The notes below the pieces were generated by a model. The model was not told the origin of the DNA. It ran no database searches and saw only the letters and a list, made by a program, of their open reading frames with translations. Shown in pieces: positions 18,067 to 29,480 of a DNA stretch of 64,000 nucleotides. The position numbers and the translations under genes were made by a program. The stretch covers positions 5,952,001-6,016,000 of the forward strand of contig OZ242311.1 of NCBI GenBank assembly GCA_965207885.1, read 5' to 3'. Source of the DNA: Candidatus Latescibacterota bacterium (lineage in GTDB: Bacteria > Latescibacterota > UBA2968). How positions within the stretch are numbered: the stretch's first letter is position 1; each line of letters begins with the position of its first letter.

Positions 18067-19320
18067 CTAACTTCTTTCCACCTCCACCCACAATTCACTT
18101 AGCCCGCGCAAAGTGATCTGGTGCCGGCGCACGGGTTCGGCGCTTAGTCGAATCGAAGCGTATCGCTTCAGCAGGGCGGCAAAGGCCACTTTGGCCTCCA
18201 TGACGGCAAGCGACGCGCCCAGGCAGTAATGGATGCCGCGTCCGAAAGAGAGGTGGCTCGTTTTCTTTCGGCCTATGTCCAGGGTAGAGGGATCGGAAAA
18301 CACGGCGGGGTCGCGGTTTGCTGCGCCGATCAGGGAGAAGATGGGTTGGCCTGCGCGGATTCGCTTGTTGCGGATTTCCACATCTTCGAGCGCGATGCGC
18401 CGGTCAATCTGAACGGGTGGGTCGTATCTCAGGAATTCGTGTATTGCCAGATCCAGCAAGTCGGGCTGGCGGCGGAGACGCTGGAACTGGTCGGGGTTTC
18501 TCAAGAGGGCGAGCATGCCGTTGCCGATCAGGTTGCGCGTTGTTTCGTTGCCAGCCACGAGCAAGAGGATCAGGGTTGTCACCAGTTCTGCGTGCGTCAA
18601 GCGGTCGCCCGCTTCTTCTGCGGCCACGAGATCGCTGGTCAGGTCGGCCTGTGGTTTGCGCCGTCGCTGTGCTATGATTTCCTCGAAGTACGCTTCCAAC
18701 TCCACCCGGGCCTGCCGCGCCCGTTTGATGTTTTCGTCGTCGAGGATCGGTTCGATGCTAAGTGAAATCAGATTTGACCACGCTTTGAACCGGTCCAGGT
18801 CCTCGGTGTGGACCCCCAGCATTTGGGCGATGACAATAACCGGCAGGGGAAATGCGAAGGCGTTCATCAGGTCGAAGCGGGTTTGTCCTTCGATGGCGTG
18901 CAAGAGGTCATCGGCAATTTTTTCGACTTTGGGCTGAAGAGCCGCGACGGATTTGGGGGTGAATGCCCTGGAGACCAGGGCGCGCAGCCGGGTGTGGTCG
19001 GGAGGATCGAGGGCGAGCATGCCCAGAGGGCCGATGCGGACATAGGTATCGGTGGGCAGTCCCTGGTTGGAAAAACGCGCGTGATCCCGCAAAATAGCAT
19101 CTACGTCCCGGTAGCTGCTCACAGCCCACGCATCGATCAGTCTCATGCGGTGGATTGGGTCTTTGAGGCGCAATTGTTCGTACAGGTCGTACGGATCGGC
19201 GAGAACTTCGTCGGATCCGGGGTGGTAGGCAACGCCCGTTTCGAGGCGTTCATAGGTGAGTAGCGCCCGTGCGGCAAGCGGCTTGAGACTGTTCTCGATT
19301 GCCCGAGTTATTGAAGTCAT
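18067..19320 (-). CDS. Cytochrome P450
   Basis: DPPDHTRLR, AGNETT I-helix, EFLR, heme motif FGRGIHYCLG. Confidence 0.96.
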   Translation of the reverse strand: MTSITRAIENSLKPLAARALLTYERLETGVAYHPGSDEVLADPYDLYEQLRLKDPIHRMRLIDAWAVSSYRDVDAILRDHARFSNQGLPTDTYVRIGPLGMLALDPPDHTRLRALVSRAFTPKSVAALQPKVEKIADDLLHAIEGQTRFDLMNAFAFPLPVIVIAQMLGVHTEDLDRFKAWSNLISLSIEPILDDENIKRARQARVELEAYFEEIIAQRRRKPQADLTSDLVAAEEAGDRLTHAELVTTLILLLVAGNETTRNLIGNGMLALLRNPDQFQRLRRQPDLLDLAIHEFLRYDPPVQIDRRIALEDVEIRNKRIRAGQPIFSLIGAANRDPAVFSDPSTLDIGRKKTSHLSFGRGIHYCLGASLAVMEAKVAFAALLKRYASIRLSAEPVRRHQITLRGLSELWVEVERS

Positions 19321-19337
19321 CGTTGCGCTCCTTCACA

Positions 19338-19375
19338 CGAAAGCCCCGTTTGACTTTTGTCAGACGGGGCTTTCG
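19338..19375. terminator. Intrinsic terminator-like hairpin
   Basis: cgaaagccccgtttgac-tttt-gtcagacggggctttcg. Confidence 0.7.
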
Positions 19376-19394
19376 ATATTGGTGGGTATATGCT

Positions 19395-20594
19395 TCAAGC
19401 GTTTTTCAGGGCGTTTACGGCTTCTATCAATCGCCGGTCGGCTTTGTAGCGCAATTCTAAGATCGCGTCTATATCAGCCAGTGCGTTGGACTCGGCCTGT
19501 AGGCGGCACACGTCAATGCGGTCTGACAGGGCATTCATCACCACGTCGAGCAACATCAAATCTGTGACATCGTCGGCTACCATACACTCGTCGGCCAGGA
19601 CTTTGCGGATCATTTGCAGAGGTGCTTTGAGCTTCTCGGCATCTGGAATGGTTTCGCTTTTTCCATTGTTGACCAGTTCGGGCGACAAGCTGCCGAGAAA
19701 GCCTTCGCTGATGAATTGCCGCGTTTTGTCTTCGGTCCACGATTGCGCCAATATTTGTGTCAATCTGTTCGATGGTTGTTCGGGTTTCTGGCGGCGATTG
19801 CGACCGCGATCGCTTGTGCGCTTTGAAGTCCGCTGTTTGTTCTGATCGCCCTGATTGCGTCCGCTATGTGGACGAGATACTTTGCGGGTATCTTGCACAT
19901 TGCGGGTATCTTCTTTTTTTGGTTCATCCCGCTGGGCCTGAGGAGGTGTTTCGGTTCGCGCTTGCGGTGGTGCTTCCACTGGTTCTGCAGATGCTTCAAC
20001 GGGTTGGTTCTCTGCAGTCGCGTCCTGCCGCCGCGTGGGTTGAGCAGGTGTGCTTACACCGGCGCGATCTTCCCAGCCAATTGGTGCAGACCGCCTTGTT
20101 CGACGCCCCCATTGCATTTCTTCTGGTTGCACATCCTGGGGCGTTTGTGTTTGCGCGGTTTCTGCCTCTTTTCGATTCTGTTCGGCGGAAGCCGTTGCTT
20201 CGACCTTTTCCCTTTCTCTACGCCGTCTGGATGGCGGCGATGAAATTACCGTGCGCTCTTCCTGTGCGGCAGGCATTTCAGCCTTTTTTTCAGACTTCTT
20301 GGCTTGCTGCGCTGGTTTCCTGGCCTTTTTTGTTGGCTTTTTGGCTTTTTGCACAGGTTTTTTGGCTGATTGCTTTTTCGCTGTTTTTTTGGATGGTTGC
20401 TTTTTTGCAGGCTTTTTGGACGACCGCTTTTTCGATACACGCGGTGTAGAAGATCTGGTGTTCGTTTTCTTTGCAGGTTTTTTGGCTGTTTTTTTTGTTG
20501 CCTGCTTTTTTGACGGGCGTTTTGCTTTTTTTGCTGTGGATGTCGCGCCTTGTGTTTCCCGAGGTTCTTCAGCCTGTGTTTTCGCTTTTGCCAT
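19395..20594 (-). CDS. Protein with a histone-H1-like Lys/Ala/Pro-rich N-terminus, disordered linker and helical C-terminal domain
   Basis: PAKK/TAKK/PSKK repeats; start at MAKAK after SD GAAAGGA. Confidence 0.7.
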   Translation of the reverse strand: MAKAKTQAEEPRETQGATSTAKKAKRPSKKQATKKTAKKPAKKTNTRSSTPRVSKKRSSKKPAKKQPSKKTAKKQSAKKPVQKAKKPTKKARKPAQQAKKSEKKAEMPAAQEERTVISSPPSRRRREREKVEATASAEQNRKEAETAQTQTPQDVQPEEMQWGRRTRRSAPIGWEDRAGVSTPAQPTRRQDATAENQPVEASAEPVEAPPQARTETPPQAQRDEPKKEDTRNVQDTRKVSRPHSGRNQGDQNKQRTSKRTSDRGRNRRQKPEQPSNRLTQILAQSWTEDKTRQFISEGFLGSLSPELVNNGKSETIPDAEKLKAPLQMIRKVLADECMVADDVTDLMLLDVVMNALSDRIDVCRLQAESNALADIDAILELRYKADRRLIEAVNALKNA

Positions 20595-20679
20595 AATTTC
20601 CTTTCGCAAATGGTTAGCTCAAATTTGGTTTAAGTCTTTGATAATATAGATAAAACTGCCCACAAATTCAACCAAACAC

Positions 20680-20711
20680 AAAAAAAAGGGCTGACCAGCG
20701 GTCAGCCCTTT
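20680..20711 (-). terminator. groEL terminator
   Basis: aaagggctgacc-agc-ggtcagcccttt with a U8 tract on the minus strand. Confidence 0.85.
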
Positions 20712-20742
20712 GTGGAGGTCAAGCATATTTTGACAATCCGAT

Positions 20743-22362
20743 TTAGTGCATGTGCCCGTGATCGTGGGCGGGCGCTGCACCTTCGTTTTCTTCTGGCAGA
20801 TCTGTCACCAGGGCTTCGGTTGTCAATAACAGTCCCGCGATGGACGCTGCATTTTCCATCGCAGTACGCACTACTTTTGTGGGATCAATTACACCGGAAT
20901 CTACGAGGTCTTCGTATTGCTCGGTGCGTGCATTAAACCCGTAAGCGCCTTCGCCTTCGTTCACTTTTTGCACGACGAGGCTGCCTTCTATGCCGGCATT
21001 ATCGGCGATTTGACGCAGGGGGGCTTGCAGTGCGCGACGCACGATATCTACGCCTGTGCTCTGGTCGCCATGCACATCCGTTTCGTCTAATGCGCCAAGG
21101 CTGCGCAGGAGGGCGACTCCGCCGCCGGGTACGATGCCTTCTTCAACTGCAGCGCGCACGGAGTGAAGTGCGTCTTCGACGCGGGCTTTCTTTTCTTTCA
21201 TTTCTGTTTCTGTTGCCGCACCAACGTTGATGACGGCCACGCCTCCGGCCAATTTTGCCAATCGCTCTTCGAGTTTTTCGCGGTCATAGTCAGAGGTGGT
21301 ATCTTCAATTTGCCGACGAATCTGGCTCGTTCGACCTTGAATATCGGCTATAGACCCAATGCCTTCTACAACTGTGGTGTTGTCTTTGTCGATCACTACG
21401 CGCTTGGCCTGCCCGAGGTCGCTAATCTCGACGTTTTCGAGCTTTATGCCGAGGTCTTCCGTTATCACGCGCCCACCTGTTAGCACGGCGATGTCACCCA
21501 ACATTTCTTTGCGGCGGTCGCCATATCCCGGTGCTTTTACCGCACAGGCAGCGAGGGTGCCGCGCACTTTGTTGACGACAAAAGTGGCGAGAGCTTCACC
21601 TTCGACGTCTTCGGCGATGACCAGAAGCGGCTTGCCTGCACCGGCAACTTTTTCGAGCAGAGGCAATAAGTCGTTCATGTTTGACAACTTCGCCTCGTGA
21701 ATGAGGATCAGCGCGTCTTCCAGTATGGCTTCCATGTTTTCCTGATCGGTCACAAAATAGGGCGATAGATAACCGCGGTCAAACTGCATTCCTTCGACCA
21801 CATCCAGTGTTGTCTCGATGCTTTTGGCCTCTTCGACCGTGATTGTGCCATCTTTGCCGACTTTGTCCATTGCGTCGGCTATAATTTCACCAATGCTGCT
21901 GTCACTGTTGGCGGATATTGTCCCTACTTGTGCAATTGAGTTGCGGTCTTTTACCGGCTGGCTCTGGTCTCCCAGTGCTTTGACTACGGATGCAACAGCC
22001 GCGTCGATACCGCGTTTGAGATCCATCGGGTTGGCTCCGGCGGTCACATTGCGCAAGCCTTCGCGGAAAATCGCTTCGGCGAGTACTGTCGCTGTGGTTG
22101 TGCCGTCGCCCGCAATGTCAGAAGTCTTGGAAGCGACTTCTTTGACCATCTGTACGCCCATGTTTTCGTAGGCGTCTTCGAGTTCGATTTCTTTTGCAAC
22201 GGTCACGCCGTCTTTTGTCACGGTGGGGGATCCCCAGGATTTTGCGACAACCACATTTCGTCCAGCAGGTCCCAACGTGGCTTTCACGGCTTTGCTCAAG
22301 AGCGTTACACCGTCGAGAATACGCTCGCGAGCATCTATTCCATAGGCAATCTGTTTTGCCAT
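20743..22362 (-). CDS. groL: Chaperonin GroEL
   Basis: [35 protein letters not shown]. Confidence 0.99.
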   Translation of the reverse strand: MAKQIAYGIDARERILDGVTLLSKAVKATLGPAGRNVVVAKSWGSPTVTKDGVTVAKEIELEDAYENMGVQMVKEVASKTSDIAGDGTTTATVLAEAIFREGLRNVTAGANPMDLKRGIDAAVASVVKALGDQSQPVKDRNSIAQVGTISANSDSSIGEIIADAMDKVGKDGTITVEEAKSIETTLDVVEGMQFDRGYLSPYFVTDQENMEAILEDALILIHEAKLSNMNDLLPLLEKVAGAGKPLLVIAEDVEGEALATFVVNKVRGTLAACAVKAPGYGDRRKEMLGDIAVLTGGRVITEDLGIKLENVEISDLGQAKRVVIDKDNTTVVEGIGSIADIQGRTSQIRRQIEDTTSDYDREKLEERLAKLAGGVAVINVGAATETEMKEKKARVEDALHSVRAAVEEGIVPGGGVALLRSLGALDETDVHGDQSTGVDIVRRALQAPLRQIADNAGIEGSLVVQKVNEGEGAYGFNARTEQYEDLVDSGVIDPTKVVRTAMENAASIAGLLLTTEALVTDLPEENEGAAPAHDHGHMH

Positions 22363-22377
22363 AACACCAATCTCCTT

Positions 22378-22665
22378 CTACTGAATAATGCCCAATACGT
22401 CATCTTCGTTTACGATTACGTACTCATCGCCGTCAACTTCAATTTCTGTGCCGGCGTATTTGCCAATTAAAATTTTTTCTCCGGATTTTACCGCTGGCGC
22501 AATCACGTCGCCGTTCTTATTGCGTTTGCCCGGCCCAACGGCAACGACCTCTGCTTCCTGAGGCGTTTCTTTAGCAGTATCGGGGATGATAATGCCCCCC
22601 TTCACTTGCTCTTCAGCATCCACCCGTCGCACCAGAATGCGATCGGAAAGCGGACGGACATTCAT
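22378..22665 (-). CDS. groS: Co-chaperonin GroES
   Basis: RPLSDRILV, GGIIIPDTAKE, VVAVGPG. Confidence 0.99.
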   Translation of the reverse strand: MNVRPLSDRILVRRVDAEEQVKGGIIIPDTAKETPQEAEVVAVGPGKRNKNGDVIAPAVKSGEKILIGKYAGTEIEVDGDEYVIVNEDDVLGIIQ

Positions 22666-22724
22666 GAGAACCCTCCTTGAAAAACAGTTGGTTAAATGTA
22701 ATAAATTTAACTTGTTATATGTTA

Positions 22725-22751
22725 TTAGCCACTCATCCTGTTGAGTGCTAA
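22725..22751 (-). promoter_or_regulatory. CIRCE-like operator (HrcA site), variant
   Basis: TTAGCACTC-aacaggat-GAGTGGCTAA versus consensus TTAGCACTC-N9-GAGTGCTAA; lies upstream of groES. Confidence 0.85.
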
Positions 22752-22759
22752 GGCGGGAA

Positions 22760-22788
22760 AATATACAAGTGCATCAATATTTGTGCAA
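22760..22788 (-). promoter_or_regulatory. Sigma70-type promoter of groESL
   Basis: TTGCAC-N17-TATATT immediately upstream of CIRCE. Confidence 0.65.
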
Positions 22789-22796
22789 GTGAAAAG

Positions 22797-22869
22797 ACGG
22801 TGAGACGTGAGATGTGAGACGTGAGAGGGGATAGGGTGGTCCTCTCACCTTTTACGTCTTACCTCTTAC
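22797..22869. repeat. Inverted heptamer arrays (GTGAGAC)n / (CTCTTAC)n
   Basis: gtgagac gtgagat gtgagac gtgagag ... ctctcac cttttac gtcttac ctcttac, overlapping the rhodanese stop. Confidence 0.75.
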
Positions 22870-23339
22870 CCGCTTTCAGCCAACTTCGTTTTTTTCTGAG
22901 CCAATACTTTTTCCAGATGATCAATTTGCTCTTTGAGTAGTTCAGGAGTTTCTGGCGCGCCCGTTTCTTCCGGTGGCGGCGGTATTTCAGCCGGCAAATG
23001 CGCATCTTCCCAATCCCCGTATCCGCCGTCCATTGAGATCACTTTTTCGTATCCCATGGCTTTCAAGGTTTCGCCAGCGAGGAGTGAGCGCACGCCGCCT
23101 GCGCAGATTACAATGACTTCACGCGATTTGTCGGGTATTGCCGATTCTGCCTGGTATTCCAATTCTCCGCGCGGTATGTGTACTGATCCTTTTAAGTGCC
23201 CGCGCTCCCATTCGTCCAGTCCGCGCACGTCGAGTAATACGGGATTCTCACCTTCTTCTATGTACTCATGTACTTCCTGTACAGTCATTTCTGGAATGTT
23301 TTGACGCGCATCATCCAGCAAATTTTCACGCGACTTCAT
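22866..23339 (-). CDS. Rhodanese-like domain protein
   Basis: LLDVR..EWERGHLKGSVHIP, CAGGVRS active loop. Confidence 0.9.
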   Translation of the reverse strand: MKSRENLLDDARQNIPEMTVQEVHEYIEEGENPVLLDVRGLDEWERGHLKGSVHIPRGELEYQAESAIPDKSREVIVICAGGVRSLLAGETLKAMGYEKVISMDGGYGDWEDAHLPAEIPPPPEETGAPETPELLKEQIDHLEKVLAQKKTKLAESG

Positions 23340-23360
23340 ACGTTTATCTCCTCATTGCTT

Positions 23361-26300
23361 TTAAACTCTTCCATGGCAGTGTTTGTACTTTTTTCCACTT
23401 CCGCACGGACACGGCGCGTTTCGCCCCACCTTTTTTTCAACGCGCACAGGCTGTTTTTTCGGCGTATCGCCTTCTGTGGAATTGGCGGTCAATTCATCGG
23501 TGCCCGGTTCGGGCATGCCGGCAAAGCCCATTCCCGTGGCATCGCGGTGTTCCAATGACAGGCGTGCGGGCTGTTGGGTGCGCGGTTGTGCGGGTGTTTC
23601 TTCAACAGAAATGCGGAATAACAATCGCAGGGTTTCGCGGTTGATGTCTTCGAGCAATGCCACAAACATTTCATAACCTTCGCGCTTGTACTCGATCAAT
23701 GGATTTTTTTGTCCATAACCGCGAAGGCCAATGCCCTCTTTCAGATCGTCCATCTCGCGGAGGTGTTCTTTCCACTTTTCATCAAAGACGCTCAGGTAAA
23801 TCATGCGTTCTATCTGGCGCATGCGGTCTTCCCCCAGAACCCTTTCGCGGCGATCATAAGCCTCGCGGAGCCCGCGCAACACGCGATCTCGCAAACCCGC
23901 TTCGCGCAATTGGGGCAGATCTTCATCGGGTATGATGGGGGCTTGCAAAAACACATTGCGCAAATCTTCCATCAAGCCATCAAAATTCCAGTCTTCGGGA
24001 TGTGCGTCGGGCGGTATGTGAATATCGAGTAGTGCATCGACGGTTTCGTCGATCATTTCGCTGATCATCGCCGATATATCTTCTTCTTCCAGCGCGTGTC
24101 TGCGTCTGTCGTAAATCACTTCGCGCTGTTGATTCATGACGTCGTCGTAATCCAGCACCTGTTTTCGAAATTCAAAATTTCGCGCTTCAACCCGTTTTTG
24201 CGCGGTCTCAATGGACTTTGTCACCCAGCTGTGTTCGATCACTTCGCCTTCTTCGGCTCCCAGGCGGTCCATGACGCGGGCAATGCGCTCGGATCCAAAT
24301 AGGCGCATCAAATCGTCTTCCAGTGAGATGAAAAACCGCGAGCTTCCCGGGTCCCCTTGCCGCCCAGAGCGACCGCGCAATTGCCGGTCAATGCGCCGGG
24401 ATTCGTGTCGTTCGGTGCCGATAATATTCAATCCACACGGGACTTCATCCCGACATCCGTATTCGTCTATGTAGGGACACAGGGGCCGGGTGTTATCGGG
24501 ATCTGCAATCAATGCACACTGGTGTCCTTCGGGTGCTTTTATGATGCCGGGTCCCAGTTTGATATCTGTACCGCGCCCGGCCATATTGGTTGCTATTGTC
24601 ACGGCACCGGGTTGCCCGGCCTGCGCGATGATCTGCGCTTCTTGTACATTTTGTCGGGCATTGAGCACCTGGTGTTTGATTTTTTTGCGCGTGAGCATCC
24701 GCGAAATCAATTCGGAGGTTTCAACGGAAATTGTGCCGACCAGGACTGGCAATTTTTGTTCGTGCAAATGCACGATTTCATCGAGTAGGGCATTGTATTT
24801 TTCGCGTTTTGTGCGGTATATCCAGTCGTTGAAGTCGATGCGGCGCACTGGCTCATGCGTTGGGATCGATACCACATCGAGCTTGTAGATTTGATGAAAT
24901 TCTTCTGCTTCTGTTTCGGCAGTGCCCGTCATTCCCGCCAGTCGGTCATAGAGTCTGAAGTAATTTTGCAACGTAATGGTTGCCACTGTTTGCGTGTCGC
25001 GTTCGACTTTTACCTTTTCTTTTGCTTCCAATGCCTGGTGCAATCCATCGGCAAAACGGCGTCCGGGCTGTGGCCGTCCCGTAAATTCATCGACGATGAC
25101 AACCTTGCCGTCGTCGATCATATATTGCACGTCTTTTTCGTATAGAGAATAGGCTTGCAACAATTTTCGCACGCTGTGGATGGATTCATTTTTTTCTCCA
25201 TAGTCCTGATAGGCGGCTTCTTTTGCGTGGTCTTTGTCTGAATCGGATAGCGATTTATTCTGTTCGATATCCCCAAGTACTTCATCGAGGTCTGGCAATA
25301 CAAAGTCGTCTGGATTGCGGCTGATTTCGTCGCGACCCTTTTCTGTCAGGTCGATGATGTGGCTTTTTTCATCGATGCTAAAATAGAGGTCTTCGTCCAG
25401 TTCCCCGGTGCGCTTGTCGCGGATATAATCGGATTCAACCCGCTGTACGAGGCGCTTGATGCCCTCTTCCTGAAGTCGCTTCATGAAGCGACTATTTTTG
25501 GGCATTCCACGCTGGACCTGCAATAACAAGATGCCGGCCTCGTATTCGTCGCCAGACTCGAGTTCTTCTTCTGCTTGCTTTAAAATATTGTTTACGATTC
25601 GGGTTTGGGCGCGTACCAATTTTTCGACCAGCGGACGCATTTCTTCATACCGATGCGACGAGGATTCCGACACGGGTCCCGAAATGATCAGCGGTGTGCG
25701 CGCCTCGTCAATCAGGATGCTATCTACTTCGTCGATAATTGCAAAATAGTGCTCGCGCTGTATCAGGTCTTCGGGGCGTATTGCCATGTTATCGTAGAGA
25801 TAATCAAAACCAAACTGGTCTTTTGTGCCGTACACGATATCCATGAGACAGGCGTCTTTGTGGTCACACGCGCGCATGCGATACCCGTCTTTCCCCTCTT
25901 CTTCCATAATAAAACCTTCCACGCCCAACGCGCGATCCTGAATGACGCCTACGGTGAGGCCCAGGAACAAATACACGGGTCCCAACCACATGGCGTCGCG
26001 CTTGGCCAGGTAGGAGTTTACGGTGACGAGATGCACGCCGCGCCCGAGCAAGCCATTTAAGTACAGAGCCAGGCCCGCAGCCAGTGTTTTGCCTTCGCCC
26101 GTGGCCATTTCGGCGATTTTGCCCTGATGCAATACGGTTGCACCGACCAATTGCACGTCATAGGGTATTTCATGCCACACGATTTGATCGCCAGCCCGAT
26201 CCCAGGACTTCTCCCGCTCTTTGAAGCGGCGACACGTTTCCTTAAAGACGGCAAATGCCTCTGGATGGATTTCATCGAGTACGTCGCGTTCAATATCCTT

Positions 26301-26579
26301 GATTTCGGCTTCGATTTCGGCAATGGCTTCCAATTGTTCGGTGCGGTCTTCGTCTCGCTGCATCGCGTCCAGTTCTTCTTTGAGCTGATTGAGCTGCTCT
26401 TGAGCATCATCAGTCGCTTCGGCAATGCGCGCGCGGAACTCCGCTGTTTTGCCCTTTAATGCCTCGTCGGACAAAGAGGCATATTCTTCGTAGAGTTGAT
26501 TAATTTCATCCACGATCGGTTGCATTTTCTTTACGTCCCGATCGTGTTTGCTGCCGAAAATTTTTGTTAGGAAGTTCAT
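23361..26579 (-). CDS. secA: Preprotein translocase SecA (long FCB type)
   Basis: [40 protein letters not shown]-terminal [13 protein letters not shown]. Confidence 0.99.
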   Translation of the reverse strand: MNFLTKIFGSKHDRDVKKMQPIVDEINQLYEEYASLSDEALKGKTAEFRARIAEATDDAQEQLNQLKEELDAMQRDEDRTEQLEAIAEIEAEIKDIERDVLDEIHPEAFAVFKETCRRFKEREKSWDRAGDQIVWHEIPYDVQLVGATVLHQGKIAEMATGEGKTLAAGLALYLNGLLGRGVHLVTVNSYLAKRDAMWLGPVYLFLGLTVGVIQDRALGVEGFIMEEEGKDGYRMRACDHKDACLMDIVYGTKDQFGFDYLYDNMAIRPEDLIQREHYFAIIDEVDSILIDEARTPLIISGPVSESSSHRYEEMRPLVEKLVRAQTRIVNNILKQAEEELESGDEYEAGILLLQVQRGMPKNSRFMKRLQEEGIKRLVQRVESDYIRDKRTGELDEDLYFSIDEKSHIIDLTEKGRDEISRNPDDFVLPDLDEVLGDIEQNKSLSDSDKDHAKEAAYQDYGEKNESIHSVRKLLQAYSLYEKDVQYMIDDGKVVIVDEFTGRPQPGRRFADGLHQALEAKEKVKVERDTQTVATITLQNYFRLYDRLAGMTGTAETEAEEFHQIYKLDVVSIPTHEPVRRIDFNDWIYRTKREKYNALLDEIVHLHEQKLPVLVGTISVETSELISRMLTRKKIKHQVLNARQNVQEAQIIAQAGQPGAVTIATNMAGRGTDIKLGPGIIKAPEGHQCALIADPDNTRPLCPYIDEYGCRDEVPCGLNIIGTERHESRRIDRQLRGRSGRQGDPGSSRFFISLEDDLMRLFGSERIARVMDRLGAEEGEVIEHSWVTKSIETAQKRVEARNFEFRKQVLDYDDVMNQQREVIYDRRRHALEEEDISAMISEMIDETVDALLDIHIPPDAHPEDWNFDGLMEDLRNVFLQAPIIPDEDLPQLREAGLRDRVLRGLREAYDRRERVLGEDRMRQIERMIYLSVFDEKWKEHLREMDDLKEGIGLRGYGQKNPLIEYKREGYEMFVALLEDINRETLRLLFRISVEETPAQPRTQQPARLSLEHRDATGMGFAGMPEPGTDELTANSTEGDTPKKQPVRVEKKVGRNAPCPCGSGKKYKHCHGRV

Positions 26580-26606
26580 TGTGATTATCCTGTGGATAAT
26601 GAGGTG

Positions 26607-27341
26607 TCACATCCCAAGTTCGATGCGTTCGGCCAAAAAAGGCGGAAGTCCCGCGGATAGAATTTTGGCCTGTGCTGTCGCCACATCGTAAGACACGCGG
26701 CGCAATTGGAGGTTCCCATTTTCCCGGTCCCATACGACAAAAGCCGCCCGCGCATCGCCGTCGCGAGGTTGTCCTACACTGCCGACATTTACGAGATAGC
26801 GATCATTGTCGGACAACTGCACTTCTCCTTCGCGCGTAAGCACTGTTTTTTGAGATGCCGAACACACAAATGCACGGTGAGAATGCCCGACAAAACACAT
26901 CTCGAAATTAGTTTGAGCGAGCATTGACCAGCCATCTTCGGGATCGAATAAATAGTGCCACAACTCGGGTTCAATTGGCGAAGCGTGGGCATAACAATAA
27001 GCAGATTCATTTTGAAAGGGTTGGTAAGAACGCAATAGCGAGGCGTTCTCATCACTCAGCATTTGAACGGTCCATTGTATTGCCGCCAGTGCCACGGGGT
27101 TGAAAAACCCCGGATCTTCCAAGCCCACAGCTGCCCAATCGTGATTGCCCGCCAGCACGAGGTCCGATACTTCGCGCACGCGCTCTATACACATATTGGG
27201 GTCTGCGCCGTATCCGACCATATCGCCCAAACAAATAATCCGATCCACCTGTGCTTCTGCAATTTTTTCCAGCACGGTTTGCAAGGCTTCGAGGTTCCCG
27301 TGTACATCTGAAAAAATTGCAATGCGTCCAATATTATCCAT
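26607..27341 (-). CDS. Metallophosphoesterase (calcineurin-like)
   Basis: SDVHGN, GDMVGYG, GNHD, GHSH, NVGSVGQPRD; start could also be 27356. Confidence 0.92.
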   Translation of the reverse strand: MDNIGRIAIFSDVHGNLEALQTVLEKIAEAQVDRIICLGDMVGYGADPNMCIERVREVSDLVLAGNHDWAAVGLEDPGFFNPVALAAIQWTVQMLSDENASLLRSYQPFQNESAYCYAHASPIEPELWHYLFDPEDGWSMLAQTNFEMCFVGHSHRAFVCSASQKTVLTREGEVQLSDNDRYLVNVGSVGQPRDGDARAAFVVWDRENGNLQLRRVSYDVATAQAKILSAGLPPFLAERIELGM

Positions 27342-27756
27342 TGGGTTGTTCCGCATTCATCCTGGACAGGGTATCGAGAATACCGTTGATAAAGTTAGAA
27401 GCATTGGCTTCGCTAAATTGCTTGGCCAGTTCTATGGCTTCGTCAATAGAGACTTTGTAGGGAATATCTTTGAAATAGCGCATTTCCGCAAGGGCCATCC
27501 AGAGCACGATGCGATCGATGCGCGAAACCCGGTCCAATGACCAATTTTCCAGTACGGGTTCAATAGATGCGTCCAGTTCTTCGCGGTGTTCCCAGGCTGT
27601 TTGAGCCAGATTGATCGCAAAATCCGAGGTTGATGCCGAAAGACGCGCGCGGATGCACATGGTCTGCGCTGTCTGTTGTACTGGATCGCCCACACTTGCA
27701 GTCCAATAAAGTGCTTGCAACGCAGCCTGACGCGCTTTGCGCCTCGATTTAATCAT
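27334..27756 (-). CDS. nusB: Transcription antitermination factor NusB
   Basis: [29 protein letters not shown]; ATGA overlap with ribH. Confidence 0.95.
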   Translation of the reverse strand: MIKSRRKARQAALQALYWTASVGDPVQQTAQTMCIRARLSASTSDFAINLAQTAWEHREELDASIEPVLENWSLDRVSRIDRIVLWMALAEMRYFKDIPYKVSIDEAIELAKQFSEANASNFINGILDTLSRMNAEQPNG

Positions 27757-28229
27757 TTTTCCGCCTCCCATGCGGCGATAACGCCAATCATTTCAATCGC
27801 GCCCAGAGCAGCTTCCCAGCCCTTATTCCCGGCTTTTGTTCCCGCCCGCTCAATCGCCTGTTCAATGGTGTCGGTTGTCAAAATGCCAAATATGGTGGGC
27901 ACACCTGTTTCGCGGCCAACGGACGCCACCCCTTTTGAGGCTTCGTTGCATACGTAGTCAAAATGTGGCGTGCTACCTCTGATTACTGCGCCCAGACAGA
28001 TCAGCGCGTCATATCGACCGCTTTGCGCCATTTTTTGTGCCATCGTGGGAATTTCAAAACTTCCCGGTACCCATACCACGTCTATGGCGTCTGTATCGCC
28101 ACCGTGTCGCGCAATACAATCGAGCGCACCGCCGAGCAATTCTTTGCTGATAAACGCATTGAATCGTCCCACCACAATGCCAAATCGCATGCCTTCTGCC
28201 GATAACTGACCTTCATAAACTCTGGGCAT
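27753..28229 (-). CDS. ribH: 6,7-dimethyl-8-ribityllumazine synthase
   Basis: [30 protein letters not shown]. Confidence 0.97.
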   Translation of the reverse strand: MPRVYEGQLSAEGMRFGIVVGRFNAFISKELLGGALDCIARHGGDTDAIDVVWVPGSFEIPTMAQKMAQSGRYDALICLGAVIRGSTPHFDYVCNEASKGVASVGRETGVPTIFGILTTDTIEQAIERAGTKAGNKGWEAALGAIEMIGVIAAWEAEK

Positions 28230-29463
28230 CACTATCTCCTTCATCGCCTAATTGCAATTCGTCCTCTTTAAATAAATGCCCCATCTTTTCCTGCTTGGTT
28301 CGCATATATGTCAAGTTCCACTTGTTGACCTGAATGGCGACCGGGATGCTGTCTATAATTTCTATTCCATACGCTTCTAATCCCACGCGCTTTGATGGAT
28401 TATTGGTGATGAGTAAGACTTTTCTGATTCCCAAATCCGACAAAATTTGCGCGCCAATGCCATAGTCTCGTTCGTCCATTTTAAATCCGAGTTTCAGGTT
28501 GGCCTCTACGGTATCATATCCCTCTTCCTGCAGTTTGTACGCGTGCAATTTTGCCCGCAGGCCAATACCCCGCCCTTCCTGCCGCATATACACCAGTGCC
28601 CCGCGTCCTTCTTTTTCGATCATCTCGAGTGCTGAGTGTAAGTTTTTTTCGCAGTCACAGCGCAATGAGCCGAGCGAGTCGCCCGTCAGGCATTCGGAGT
28701 GCATCCGCACCATTACGGGTGTATCGCCGGAAAGGTCGCCTTTTACCAGTGCGACGTGTTCGCGTTCATCTACGTCGCTTTCATACAGGTGTAATTGAAA
28801 TGCGCCAAATCGCGTGGGCATATCCACTTGCTCGACACAGCGCACCAGTTTTTCGGAGCGACGGCGATAGGCAATCAAATCGCGAATTGTCGTCACTTTC
28901 AAGCCAAATTGATCGGCAAGTTCCAAAAGCTGTGGCAAACGTGCCATGGTGCCGTCTTCATTCAGTATTTCACACAGTACACCGGCGGGATACAGGCCGG
29001 CCAAACGCGCCAGATCTACCGCTGCTTCTGTGTGTCCCGCTCGCCGCAAGACCCCGCCGGGCATTGCGCGGAGTGGAAAAATGTGACCTGGTCGGCCAAA
29101 GTTCTCAGACCGCGATTTGGGATCTACAAATTGTCGAATTGTTTCGGCGCGATCCTGTGCGGAGATACCGGTTGTCACGCCGTAGAGCGCGTCGATGCTC
29201 ACCGTGAATGGCGTGCCGTGAAGCGCTGTGTTGGTATTGACCATCATGTCCAGGTCGAGTTCTTTGAGGCGGTCGGGCGTTGCGGGCAAACAGATCAGTC
29301 CGCGTCCATGGCGCGCCATAAAATTAATGGCCTCAGATGTGACCTTTTCCGCCGCCATGATGAAATCGCCTTCGTTTTCCCGGTCTTCGTCATCGACCAC
29401 AATGACGATTTTTCCCGCTCGAATATCTTCGAGGGTGTCTTCGATTGTTGCGATTTTGCCCAT
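28213..29463 (-). CDS. ribBA: Bifunctional DHBP synthase / GTP cyclohydrolase II
   Basis: [36 protein letters not shown]. Confidence 0.97.
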   Translation of the reverse strand: MGKIATIEDTLEDIRAGKIVIVVDDEDRENEGDFIMAAEKVTSEAINFMARHGRGLICLPATPDRLKELDLDMMVNTNTALHGTPFTVSIDALYGVTTGISAQDRAETIRQFVDPKSRSENFGRPGHIFPLRAMPGGVLRRAGHTEAAVDLARLAGLYPAGVLCEILNEDGTMARLPQLLELADQFGLKVTTIRDLIAYRRRSEKLVRCVEQVDMPTRFGAFQLHLYESDVDEREHVALVKGDLSGDTPVMVRMHSECLTGDSLGSLRCDCEKNLHSALEMIEKEGRGALVYMRQEGRGIGLRAKLHAYKLQEEGYDTVEANLKLGFKMDERDYGIGAQILSDLGIRKVLLITNNPSKRVGLEAYGIEIIDSIPVAIQVNKWNLTYMRTKQEKMGHLFKEDELQLGDEGDSDAQSL

Positions 29464-29480
29464 ATATATCTCTCTGTAAA

